A stretch of 64,000 nucleotides of DNA from Azolla caroliniana. Taxonomy: Eukaryota > Plantae > Polypodiophyta. A program made the position numbers and the translations under genes. Every line of letters begins with the position of its first letter. Positions within the stretch are counted from its first letter, which is position 1. The DNA is taken from positions 9,858,001-9,922,000 of the forward strand of contig JBHGNT010000016.1 in the NCBI GenBank assembly GCA_043228905.1, written 5' to 3'. This document shows, piece by piece, positions 25,010 through 36,597 of the stretch. The notes under the pieces were generated by a model. That model had not been told where the DNA came from, did no database searches, and saw only the letters and a program-made list of their open reading frames with translations.

Positions 25010-25062
25010 AGCGGACTATTGAAGCATGGGGCACAAATAGTCCGAGCAATCATAAGTCCCCA
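25000..25062 (+). promoter_or_regulatory. Putative -1 frameshift signal of E
   Basis: T GAT TTT TAA. Stem 1 is CGGACTATT/AATAGTCCG (25012-25020/25036-25044) and stem 2 is TGGGG/CCCCA (25027-25031/25058-25062). Confidence 0.72.
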
Positions 25063-28000
25063 CAAGGAAGCAAAGTGTGTGGATTGCAAGGAGAAGCAAC
25101 ATGTGTCACACCTGGCGGCGCATGCAAACTTAGACTACTCAACAAGAAGGAAAAGTGTCAGATACAAGACTTCGAGGAGGTGCTAAAAGAAGAAAGCATA
25201 ATCGAAGAAGAAGAATTCGTGTCATATATTCTGGAGGAAGCCTCATTTAACGACACCATCGGCGAAATCGAGGAAGTCATGGATTTGAGCTATCCTCACC
25301 ATCAACATGTGATTTCGGTTAACTCCGTCAACATGTATACTATCATCGATGAATATCATCGAGGCATCTTGATAGAGGAAGTCGAAGTCAACACAAAATA
25401 TAAAACTGTGGATAGGAAGAGCAAGCCAGTTGCAGTTCCGCTACCGGAAGATAGTTGGCAAAAGATGAAGGAAGTTGCAAAAGATCCAAGCTTAAGGAAC
25501 CCAAATACAATTGGTCACGTCTTCACTGAAGAGACGAAGGGAAAGCTACGAGTTGGAAGGGAGGATTTCCTCCTCCCTGAAGAGGAGTGGATGTTTCGTG
25601 GAATGCTTGAAAGACATGGGAAGACTTTCACGTTTTTCCCACAAGAAATCGGGTGTGCTAATCCAAGGACGGTAGAACCGACGGTGATCTTCACGGTGCC
25701 GCATGTGCCTTGGAATTTGAAACCGATACCGGTTCCGAGAGCACACCTACCGAAGCTGATCGAGCTCTTAAAGGAGAAGGTGAGGATGGGAATTCTAGAA
25801 CCGTCGAATGCTCCTTATTCTAATAGGTGGTTCACGGTGCCAAAGAAGAATGGATCGTTACGATTCATTCAAGATCTTCAACCCGTCAACAAGGTGACAA
25901 TTCGGAATGTTGGAATCAGTCCGAATGTGGATGAATTTGCCGAGGCGTTTGCGGGCCGGTCCATCTACTCCATCGGCGATCTTTACTCTGGCTACGATCA
26001 ATTCCAGTTGGCGGTCGACAGTCGTGACATTACAACCATGAGAACTCCAATCGGGTTGGTGTGGATGTGTACCTTACCTCAAGGCGCAACGAACTCGGTG
26101 GCTCATATGGTGAATGCCATGAACAAGGTCTTGAAGGATTGCATCCCGGATATCACGATGCCATTCTTAGATGATATTCTGATAAAAGGATGTTCGGATG
26201 AAGAGAAGGATGAATCAAAAGATAAGGATGGATGTAGAAAGTTCGTCATGGATCATATGAAAGATTGCGAGAAGGTGCTCCAAAGGCTCGAAGATGCGAA
26301 TTTGACATTTTCGGGAGAAAAATCCGCATTCGGGCAACCGGAGATCCTGGTGGTAGGTCACTTGTGTGGAGCATACGGTCGGAAGCCTTCGCCATCCAAG
26401 GTGAATGCAATCCAAGACATGAAAGAAGAATGTGTAACCCAAACGGAGGTTCGAAGATTCCTTGGAGCATGCACGTTTTATCATATTTGGATTCCACACT
26501 ACGCCCACATTGCTGAGCCATTATATGGTCTACTAAAGAAGAAGCGGATGTTCGAATGGACGAGCGAGCATACAATCGCCATCCGAAGGCTGAAGAAATT
26601 ATTGATGGAGGCACCTGCATTACGAAAAGCGGACTATTCATACAGCAAGCCCATTTTCGTGACTGTGGATACTAGTCCAATCGGAATTGGATGGGTTATC
26701 AACCAAGAAGATGAAGATTGCAACCGATATGCAATTCGGTTTGGCGCGAAAGTGTTAAGTGACAGACAAAGAAGGTATGCCCAAGTGAAGAGGGAGCTAT
26801 GGGGGATCGTTTGGGCAATCAAATCTGATCGTGATTACCTTATTGGAGCAGAAGTCATAATTGAGACAGATTGCCTACCAATTTTGGGTATGATATCTGG
26901 TTGTAATACACCGGATATTGCCATGTTGTGTTGGATTGCGTATATCAAATCACTCAACCCGGAGATCCGTCATGTAGCTGGGAAGCGTAATGTCGTTGCA
27001 GACATGCTATCACGAGCGAGATACGACGGAGAAGAAGATCGACATTCTGATGAAGATGATGTTGGCCTGGATTTCTTTGCAAGTTCCTATGCTTGGGTGT
27101 TGATTACTTTCATAGAAGAGGACTACGAAGGCGAATTCGTGGAGATCGGGAAATACTTAAGTTCTCTCCAAAAAGATGAATCATGGTTGACGGAAGACTT
27201 CCATAGAATTCGGAAGAAAGCATGCAAGTATTTCCTTAAGGATGGAGCTCTTTGGAAGCATGCAAAAAAGAAGAATGGGACTCCGATGAGAGTTGTCTGC
27301 AAGCTAGAAGACCAACAAAAACTAATGTCTGAATTTCATGATAGTGTTTTTGCAGGCCATCGAGGAATATGGGCTACGTTTGCGAAGCTTAAGGAGAAAT
27401 ATTGGTGGCCGGGCATCTACAAAGATGTAGCAACTTATGTGGAAACATGTAAGGAATGTCAGATGTTTTCGAATATTCGCCATCGAGATGGACTTCATCC
27501 GACTTACCCGTTGGCTATACATTACAAGTGGATGGTGGACATCGTGATGATGCCAATGGGGCGATGGCAGATGAAGTATCTTGTGCTCGCAAGAGAGGAT
27601 CTTACCAATCAAGTTGAAGGGCGAGCATTAAGAACTAAGGAGACATCATCGGTATGTCGATTCCTTCTTGAAGATGTTATTTGCAGATATGGATGTGTCG
27701 GCAAGATAGTGGCTGATAGAGGCGAGTTGGACGCCAATGAAGCTAGAGAATTCTTCTCGAGGATGGGAATCAAATTATCTCTTACCATGGCGTATAATCC
27801 GGAAGCAAATGGGAAGGTGGAACGTGGACATGGACCGATTGTGAAGGCTCTAGTGAAAGCTTGCCATGGGAAAATAGGAGAATGGCCACGTCTATTGCCA
27901 TTTGCATTATGGGCTGATAAGACTACTCATAGCACGGTGACGGGATACATGCCGGCAGAGCTCATATTCGGACAAAAGCCAATAATGCCGGTAGAACAAA

Positions 28001-28455
28001 GTATTATTTCATGGTTTGCATTGCCATGGCAAGATGAGATAAGTACAGAAGATCTTTTAGCATTGAGGATTCGACAATTAGAGTGGAATTTGGAAGATAT
28101 AGAGGTGGCTAAAGCGCGGCTAAAGAATGCAAGGCTAAAGAACAAGAAAGACTTCGATAAACGACATCGACTTCGGCCGAGGAAAATCGTTGAAGGAGAT
28201 TGGGTGCTAGTCTATGACAGTAGCCTAGATAACCGACATAGTACGGCTCGAAAATTCTCACAACAATGGTTTGGGCCATATGTGGTGAAGAAAGTGGAAG
28301 ATAATGCAACATATCATTTAGTAGAACTAGATGGTACACCACTTGCCTTGCCAATTGTCGGTAAAAGAATCAAGATCTTCAAGAGAAGAGATAGAATAGA
28401 AATTGGATTCGAAGCTTTTGACGATTTAGTCTTAAGCATCGATGAAAAATTATAG
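25003..28455 (+). CDS. pol: E pol (RT-RNase H-integrase), uninterrupted, in the -1 frame relative to gag-PR
   Basis: Frame is open from 25003 and contains the 1126-aa ORF. PFLDD, RH D-E-D-D, INT HHCC, DDE and GPY motifs present. No chromodomain. Confidence 0.95.
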   Translation, partial: FLKRTIEAWGTNSPSNHKSPQGSKVCGLQGEATCVTPGGACKLRLLNKKEKCQIQDFEEVLKEESIIEEEEFVSYILEEASFNDTIGEIEEVMDLSYPHHQHVISVNSVNMYTIIDEYHRGILIEEVEVNTKYKTVDRKSKPVAVPLPEDSWQKMKEVAKDPSLRNPNTIGHVFTEETKGKLRVGREDFLLPEEEWMFRGMLERHGKTFTFFPQEIGCANPRTVEPTVIFTVPHVPWNLKPIPVPRAHLPKLIELLKEKVRMGILEPSNAPYSNRWFTVPKKNGSLRFIQDLQPVNKVTIRNVGISPNVDEFAEAFAGRSIYSIGDLYSGYDQFQLAVDSRDITTMRTPIGLVWMCTLPQGATNSVAHMVNAMNKVLKDCIPDITMPFLDDILIKGCSDEEKDESKDKDGCRKFVMDHMKDCEKVLQRLEDANLTFSGEKSAFGQPEILVVGHLCGAYGRKPSPSKVNAIQDMKEECVTQTEVRRFLGACTFYHIWIPHYAHIAEPLYGLLKKKRMFEWTSEHTIAIRRLKKLLMEAPALRKADYSYSKPIFVTVDTSPIGIGWVINQEDEDCNRYAIRFGAKVLSDRQRRYAQVKRELWGIVWAIKSDRDYLIGAEVIIETDCLPILGMISGCNTPDIAMLCWIAYIKSLNPEIRHVAGKRNVVADMLSRARYDGEEDRHSDEDDVGLDFFASSYAWVLITFIEEDYEGEFVEIGKYLSSLQKDESWLTEDFHRIRKKACKYFLKDGALWKHAKKKNGTPMRVVCKLEDQQKLMSEFHDSVFAGHRGIWATFAKLKEKYWWPGIYKDVATYVETCKECQMFSNIRHRDGLHPTYPLAIHYKWMVDIVMMPMGRWQMKYLVLAREDLTNQVEGRALRTKETSSVCRFLLEDVICRYGCVGKIVADRGELDANEAREFFSRMGIKLSLTMAYNPEANGKVERGHGPIVKALVKACHGKIGEWPRLLPFALWADKTTHSTVTGYMPAELIFGQKPIMPVEQSIISWFALPWQDEISTEDLLALRIRQLEWNLEDIEVAKARLKNARLKNKKDFDKRHRLRPRKIVEGDWVLVYDSSLDNRHSTARKFSQQWFGPYVVKKVEDNATYHLVELDGTPLALPIVGKRIKIFKRRDRIEIGFEAFDDLVLSIDEKL

Positions 28456-28522
28456 TAAACAAAAATGAATCCTCACCAAAATTGGCACATACCGGTGGAT
28501 GTGCAGGTTTGGTGGGGGTGAA

Positions 28523-29648
28523 TGTCGTGTGAATCTTCACACACTATGTAAAAAATAATGAAATAATTATTATATATTAGATTAGTAGCTTACTATAGAA
28601 AGATGGATATACTCAAGAGCTTCAAAATGTATTTTACTATATAAAAAATGGAGAAATACATATCAAGTTATGAGAAAATAAAGTTTGACAAGATAGGGAA
28701 ATTAGAACTATCCCACATAGATAGGAAAGTTAAGGCCCTTGCTATATAAACACCTTGAGCTCCCTCATTTTTCATTTGTGCTAAGAGCACTTTGGCCACT
28801 TTGTCTTGATGGATGATGGTGGCCAAATTCCCTAAAATTAGAAACCGACCGGTAAGCAAATCCGGAAACCGACCGGTAAGCAAATCCGGAAAACGGGTCC
28901 GGTAAGAAAATCCGGAAACCGGTCGGTAAGCAAATCCGGAAACTGGCCGGTATGCAATCCGGAAACCAGTCGGTATGCAAAACCGGAACCGGCCGGCAAG
29001 CAAACCAGAACCGGAACCGGCCGGCAAGCAAAACTGGAACTGGAACCAGTATGCAAAGTGGAAATCAGTCGGTAAGCAAAATCGGCAAACAAACCGGAAC
29101 CGGAACTGGCCGGCAAGCAAAACCGGAACTGGAACCGGTATGCAAACCGGAAACCGGCCGGTAAGCAAAACTGGAACCGGAACCGGCAAGCAAACTGGAA
29201 CCGGCCGGCAAGCAAAACCGGAACCGGAACCGGCAAGCAAACTGGAACCGGCCGGCAAGCAAAACCGGAACCGGAACCGGCAAGCAAACCGGGACCGGCC
29301 GGCAAGCAAAACCGGAACCGGAATTGGCAAGCAAAATCGGAACCGGAACCGGCTGGCAAGCAAAATGGAACCGGCTACCGGACGAGGTTGGACACGGACG
29401 GACGAAAGATTGGATCATGCAACGAACTAAAGTAAAATGAAGAAAACTAAAGTAAAGGTCATGTGGACGTATGCAACTAAAGTTGGAGTGCATGGAAAAA
29501 GTAAAGGTCATGTGGACAGTCACATGCAACCAAAAGAAAAAAGCTAGGCAACTAAAAGTAGAGGCCATGCAACAAAAAGTGGAAAGGCTATGATCAAGGG
29601 AGAACTCCATATTTATTCCATTTTTTTTTCCTACACGAGGACTCACTC
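28523..29648 (+). repeat. 3' LTR of E, truncated at its right end; expanded tandem array at about 28840-29380
   Basis: Starts TGTCGTGTGAATC. Homology to the 5' LTR ends at GACTCACTC. Confidence 0.92.
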
Positions 29649-31210
29649 ACCCTAGCTTAGTTGGTATATAAACCAACTCATTGTAATTGAGTCATCATTG
29701 GATGTATTTCATTTTGTTAATATCATATACACTTTTGTCTATCTCTCTCTCTCTCTCTCTCTGTGTTGTTACACACACACACATACGTTCACCTTCAGCT
29801 GCATTGCAACCACTCTTGCCTTCCCATTTCTTAACATGGTATCAGAGCGTGTGGTTGCCTGATCAAGCATTTTCGACCGTGTTATGCTACACACCGACAA
29901 TCAACAGAATTGGCCCATCAACAGAGAAGAAATCACCATGAATACTCAAATGGGAAGTGCTCTTCCTACCGAGAAACTCGACAGAACAAACTTTGAATCT
30001 TGGGAATACAAGATGCATCAATATCTTGTCGGACAAGGCTCCTAGAGCTACATCGAAGGAGCTCACGAATCACACCCCAACCCAACACACGCCGACTATC
30101 CCAATTGGGAGCAGGCCTCAAGCCGTGTGTTGTATTGCCTTGCATCATGCATTCATGATCACATGCTTGGCTACATTCGAGAGGCAAAAACACCGAAGCA
30201 AGCGTGGGAAAATCTCAAAAAGATTTTCGCAGCCAACACGGCCGCACGCAAGCTCCAGCTTCATCAGGAGATGAATAGCATCCAACAGAGGGACATGTCA
30301 ATCTCAAGGTATACCTTGAAGATCAAGAAACTATGTGACGCCCTCGGATCGATCAACGTTGTCATTGACGATGACGAATTGTTGCAGATATGCCTCTAAG
30401 GCTTAGCAACACATTTCTGCGTGATTAGATCGGCTATTCTCGCAAGGGAGAACCCTCGCTCCTTCTTCCACCTTCAGTTGATATTTTTGGTCGAAGAGAA
30501 TCATGCCTGGCAGAGGAGCAACGCACCAGATAGACATATGCTCTACTCCTGGCCGGATGATAGAAGGAATTTCGGTCAAGGTCACAAAGGTCACTTCGGA
30601 CAAGGTCGTAATGATCGGCAAAATCAAGAGCGTAATTCTCACGAATGGCAAACGGATAGAAATGGTCCCAAAGAGTTCGACGGAAGGGTAGTCATAACGC
30701 CAGACCGAGCAATCGCCGAAACCCAGTCGAGTGCAGGTATTGCCGAAAACCCAGCCACTACGAAGAGGAGTGCTAGAAGAAGAAACGTGAGGCAGGCCAA
30801 CAACTAACAAATTACTCCACGAACTCGGCGACTACGGCGACAGTGGCAGAATGTTCATAATGAATCACGAAGTACACTCAATGTCTACATTTGCGACAAC
30901 TAGCACCTCCACTCCTAATACTGTATGGTTTGTCGATTCGGGAGCTTCCAATCACATGACTTCCCATGAAGATTCGTTTCAGGAATTACGGAAGCCCGAA
31001 CATCTTGGATATGTCGAAACAGCCGATGATACAACTCATCCAATACCACATATCGGGAATGTCCCATTTAGAAACGACGGCAAACAGACCTACCTCACGA
31101 ACGTACTGCATGTTCCCACCATCACGAAAAATCTGGTTTTGGTTGGCCAGATTGTAGAACAAGGAATGCAGGTACGCTTCAACAACGATAGGTGCTTCAT
31201 TGAAAAAGGC
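29649..31210 (+). mobile_element. Element F: truncated Ty1/copia related to C1 (partial LTR 29649-29836, iMet PBS 29837-29848, gag-PR pseudogene from 29938)
   Basis: TTAACA TGGTATCAGAGC; MGSALPTEKLDRTNF, WFVDSGASNHMT, LHVPTITKNL. Ends before the integrase. Confidence 0.9.
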
Positions 31211-31384
31211 GATTATGTGCATCATGCTCGGACTCAGATCCCAAAATTGGGAGTTACGGGTGAGAAATGGTTTTATCGCTTGTTTTTTGAATGGTATTTC
31301 CAATGGGGATTAACATTGGATTGTCCATGACAAGGACCCCACAACTTTCGAGGAAGCCATCAACATTGTACTTCGGTACCATAG

Positions 31385-32511
31385 TGCCAAGAACTACACG
31401 CTCCCGATGAGCAACGCTCGGCCACAACCGAGCTTAGAATCAAAACACGAAAAAACGGGGAATGAATGCACGACACAATGGAGAGAAGAGAACACAGGAT
31501 GTTAATGTGGAAAACCCAAACTAGAGAAAAAACGACGGCAGCCCACAGACTGCAAACTATCACTATGTCAGAATGTACAAATGGTAAAGTACCAAAGAAA
31601 CGACCTCGAGCTTTCTATCTTCGCCACAGGCGGCGGTTACAACAGAGGCAACGACCTCTTCCTCTCTCTCTCACTCTCTCTCTCTCTGTACACAGTTACG
31701 CGCTCTAATCTTGCGCCAACAAGAATGACAACAACACTCAAAAAAAGAGTTTGCCCTAAGTCATATTTATACTAATATGACTTTTCAGCTATTTATAAAT
31801 ATAGCCATGATGGACTCTCAGGAAACATATTTATGAATATGTCCCTTTATCCGGTGAGCACTTCTCACCGGGCCTTCACTCTCCGGCTCTTGCCGGGTAC
31901 TCCTCATCTGGTTCTCACCGGGTCTTCCGTAGCCGGGTACACCTCACCCGGTTCTCACCGGGTCTTCCGTAGCCGGTTACTCCTCATCCGGTTCTCACCA
32001 GGTCTTCCGTAGCCGGGTACTCCTCATCCGGTTTGCACCAGGACTTCCGTAGCCGGGTACTCCTCATCCGGTTCGCACCAGGTCTTCCATAGCCGGGTAC
32101 TCCTCATCCGGTTCCCACCGGGTCTTCCATAGCCGGGTACTCCTCATCCGGTTCCCATCGGGTCTTCCGTAGCCGGGTACTCCTCATCCGGTTCCCACCG
32201 GGTCTTCCGTAGACGGGTACTCCTCATCCGGTTCCCACCTGGTCTTCCGTAGCCGGGTACTCCTCATCCGGTTCCCACCGGGTCTTCCGTAGACGGGTAC
32301 TCCTCATCCGGTTCCCACCCGGTCTTCCGTAGTCGGGTACTCCTCATCCGGTTCCCACTTGGTCTTCCGTAGCCGGGTACTCCTCATCCGGTTCCCACCG
32401 GGTCATCTGTAGCTGGGTATTCCTCATCCAGCTCTAACCGGGTCTTCATCATCCGGTTCTCATCAACGTTGTTTTTCTCACTTCCCATCCGGAGGGACTT
32501 GTTTCCTAACA
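31385..32511 (-). repeat. 3' LTR of H (1127 bp)
   Basis: Homologous to 36598-37407 with extra repeat units. Confidence 0.94.
31891..32450 (+). repeat. 40-bp tandem repeat, about 14 copies (GCCGGGTACTCCTCATCCGGTTCTCACCGGGTCTTCCGTA)
   Basis: Units recur every 40 nt from 31891 to 32411. Confidence 0.95.
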
Positions 32512-32521
32512 AACTCCCCCT

Positions 32522-35500
32522 TCACTCCGGCATGGAATGTCTTACTAGTCCAATCCGCTTCCGGCATGCATCCAGCTTGTTAAGTATCACCACTTTGGTC
32601 AGCATATCTGACCCATTCTCGACCGTGTGGATCTACGTCAACGCGAACTCCTGGCCATCTACTCTTTCCCAAATCCAGTGATACCTTCGTTGGATATGCT
32701 TCGTTCGGGAATGGTAGGCCGCATTCTTGGTAAGGTGGATGACACTTTGACTGTCGCAATAGGGCAGGTATTCCTCTTGCCGGATACCGAGCTCTCCGAT
32801 GAAGTCTTTCATCCATAATATTTCCTTGCCGGCTTCCACAGTCGCCATGTACTCCGCCTCCGTGGTTGACAACGCAACCTTCTTCTACAACCTCGACTGC
32901 CACGAAACAGCACCCCCTGCATACGTCATTACATACCCGGATGTAGACCAGCTGGTATCCACATCAGCCGACATGTCCGAATCGGTAAAACCGTCAAGTT
33001 GAGGTTTTCCAGAGCCGAATCGGAGACACATATTTGAAGTGCCCTTCAAGTACCGGAGTATCCATTTGACCGCGTTCCAGTGCTCCTTGCCGGGATTGCT
33101 CATAAACCGGCTCACCACTCCGACTGCGTATCCTATATCCGGTCGAGTACACACCATTGCGTACATCAAGCTCCTGACGGTAGAGGCATATGGAACCTTC
33201 ATCATATCAGCCTTCTCTGCTTTCGTCTTCGGGCTTTGCTTACCGGATAACCTGCAGTTTGCCGAAAGTGTCGATCTGACTGGTTTCGCATTTGACATGT
33301 TGAACCGCTGAAGCACCTTTGTCACGTATTTCTCCTGTGACAGCCACAGTTGCTTCGTTGGCCGGTTCTGGATGATATGCATCCCTAGCATCTGTCTTGC
33401 CGGACCCAAGTCTTTCATTACGAAGGTTCGGTTGAGAGCCTTCTTCAGCATCCGTATGTTGGCTTGGTCCCGTCCGACGATCAACATGTCGTCCACGTAC
33501 CGAAGGAGTATCAGGAAGTCGCCTCCTTCGAACTTCTTCACAAACACGCAGTGATCGGCCTATGTCTTGTGGTACCCTTGATCGGTCATGAAGAAGTCGA
33601 ACTTCCAGTACCATTGTCGGGGAGCCTGCTTCAGTCCGTACAGGCTCTTCTTCGACCGGCATACCAGGTGCTCATTCCCTTTCTCCACGAATCCTTCCGG
33701 TTGCTGCATGTAGATCTCCTCTTCGAGGTCACCGTGAAGGAATGTCGTCTTCACGTCTAGCTGCTCTACCTCGAGGTCCATGCTTGCCGCTATACTCAGC
33801 ACCGTCCGGATGGAGGTCATCTTTACTACCGGGGCAAATATCTCGTCGAAGTCCACGCCCTTCTTCTGTTGGAACCCCTTCACCACGATCCTCACTTTGT
33901 ATCTCGAGGGGTTGCCGGCATCTCCCGGTTTCGACTTGTACACCCACTTATTTCGAAGTGCCCACTTTCCTTTTGGCAACTCCACCAATTCGTACCTATG
34001 GTTCTCATGCAGGGAATCCATCTCATCCTGCATGGCGCTTAACCATTTTCGGTTGTGGGTGTCATCCTTCGCCTCTATGAAGATTTCTGGCTCCCCCTCA
34101 TCGGTTAGTAGCACATGCTCTGCATCCGGAAATCTCTGGGGGGGCCTTCTCTCTCTAAGAGGATATCTCCATCTTTGGGCTTCGGTAACGGGGCCCTCCA
34201 TTCGCTCTTCATCTGAATCTGATTCGGGGTCTTGGCCGGTTTCGGTTTCAGCTTCCTTTACTTCTTCTTCTGCCGGTTCGGTATCCTCACCGTAACTGGC
34301 TGGTTCCTCGAGTGCTAACCGGTCTCTTGCTGGTTGGGTCTGCTCATCGTAGAATGGATCCTTACCGGTCGACTTGGAGTTCATTATCTTCTTCTCCGAC
34401 TCCTAGTCGGCGAGCGTCTTGTCCTCCATGAGGATAATATCTCAACTCCAGAATACCTTCTTGTCGACCAGGTCCCACACTTGGTAGCCGAACTCATCGT
34501 CGCTGTAACTAAGGAATATGCATGGCTGGGTCTTTGGATCTAACTTTCTCTCCAGTCCTTAGCTACATGCACGTACACGAGACACCCGAACACCTTCAAA
34601 TGCCGGTAGGAGACTCCCTTACCGGTCCATACTCTCTGTGGCGTGTCTCCGTCCAAGGGTACTGAGGGTGATCTGTTTATCACATATGTCGCCGTCGATA
34701 GTGCATCAGCCCAAAACTTCTTGGGTAGTTTTGCATGCGCCAGCATACTCCAAACCCTCTCCATTATGGTCCGGTTCATCCTCTTGGCTAGCCCGTTTAG
34801 TTCCGGCGTCTTCAGCACGGTAAATTCGAGCCGGATTCCCTTCGAGCGACAGTACTCCTCGAACTGCCCCTGGTATTCACCTCCATTATCTGCTCGAACC
34901 GCCTTCAGCTTCCAGCCGGTTTCTCTTTCCACTCTCGTGTGGAGCTCTTTGAAGACGGATAACACCTGATCCTTCATCTACAACGGTGCGGCCCACAACT
35001 TCCGGCTATGGTCATCTATGAACGTCATGAAGTACTGCGATCCTGCATGTGACTTCGTGTCCACTTGACACACATCAGTATGCACCAACTCCAGTGGTGC
35101 ATTACGTCTCATCAGTGGCCTTGGTCGGAAGGAGGTCCGGTTTTGCTTACCGGCCAGACAATCAATGCACTTCTCCAAGTGCACATTCTTCACTGGAATG
35201 AGGTTGTCATCTACAAGCCTCTTCATCCCCTTCTCGCTCATGTGACACAGCCTTTTGTGCCACAGCTCACCGGCAGTGTCGGATGCCACGTTCACTTCCG
35301 CCGGACATAACCGGGCATTCATCAAGTACAATGTGTTTACCTTCCGGGCCCGAGCCACAATCAGGCTCCCTTTGCTGAACTTCATAACACCGTTCCGGAT
35401 GCTACCCGTGTAGCCTTCATCATCTAGCCGACCGGCTGATATCAGGTTCAGTCGAACCTCCGGAACGTGTCGGACATCCTTCAGCAGCAGCTTGCATCCG

Positions 35501-36567
35501 GTTGGTGTTGCCAGCCACATGTCTCCTATGTCGACAATTCGGCATGTACCTTCATTCCCCATCCGGACACAGCCATGATCACCGGCTGAGTAGGATGAGA
35601 AGCACTTCCGATCCAGAATAAGGTGGAACGACGCTCCGGAGTCAACCACCCAGGTCATCTCGTCGCCGGCAAGGTTTAGCTCACTCTCTGCGGTGATGAG
35701 CATCAACTCTTCTTCACTTGCCGCGACTGCCGTCGTTCCCTTCCAGTCCGGCCCCATCCGGTCTTTATCGTTCCGGTCCGGTGTCCGCTTCGAATCGGTA
35801 CCGTCGGTTTCCTTGTCTTTCCGGAAATGCCAACAGTTCTTCTGGAAGTGTCCCGGCTTGCCGCAATAGAAGCAGTTAGGCCTTCCCCTTGACTTTGACC
35901 ATGTCCCCGACTTTTCCCGGTTCTGGGGACTACGGTTTCTTTGTCTTCCGCATTCCGATTCGGTAAGGAGCGCTTTGGAGTCGGAGCTCGTATCCTTATC
36001 TTTCCGACGCGCCTCCTCATCTAGCAAGCTCGACTTCACTCTTGCTAGGGATAACCGTTTCCCTTCCGGCCCAGCATTGCCCAAGGTGACAACCAACGTC
36101 TTCCAGCTATTTGGGAGGGAACCGAGGAGGAGTAGTGCTAGTACCTCATCGGCAAGAGGTACTTCCAATGATGTTGCCTGGTGGATCAGCCCCTGGAAGG
36201 CATTCATGTGCTCCGCCATGCTGGAGCCATCTTGGAACCGGAGTCTTACTAGCTTCCGGAATACCGAAACTTGATTAACAACATTTTTGTTTTGAAACAT
36301 AATGTTGATCTTCTCCCAAAGCTCATGGGCCTTGCTCTCTTCATTGAAGTTGTTGTATAGACTCATGTCGATGAAGCACCATATGTACACCGTCGTCTTC
36401 ATGTGCATCACCTCCCATATCGTGGCGTCGATTTTGTCCAATCTCTTGTCCTCGAACTGAACCGGCAACCAAAGATCTTTAACCATGAGCATATCCCTCA
36501 TCTTCGACTTCCACACCAAATAGTTGGAGCCGGGGAGCTTGAACATGCCGCCCAACGATTCGTCCAT
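32522..36567 (-). pseudogene. gag-pol: H gag-PR-INT-RT-RH with stops and frameshifts
   Basis: CFYCGKPGHFQKNC, WVVDSGAS, WHKRLCH, VHTDVC, ADNGGEY, DVKTTFLHG, YVDD, STTEAEY. Confidence 0.95.
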
Positions 36568-36597
36568 TTTCTGTGTCACTTCGCTCTGATATCACTT

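Larger units (their letters stand above)
21462..29648 (+). mobile_element. Element E: Trp-PBS Ty3/gypsy (diverged family), coding region nearly intact, both outer LTR ends clipped
   Basis: LTR pair 21462-22778 and 28523-29648, PBS, gag-PR, uninterrupted pol and PPT at 28506-28522. Confidence 0.95.

Noticed and set aside
31891-32450. Regular 40-bp repeats as a CRISPR array
   Set aside because: The units are contiguous with no unique spacers, there are no cas genes, and they lie inside an LTR.
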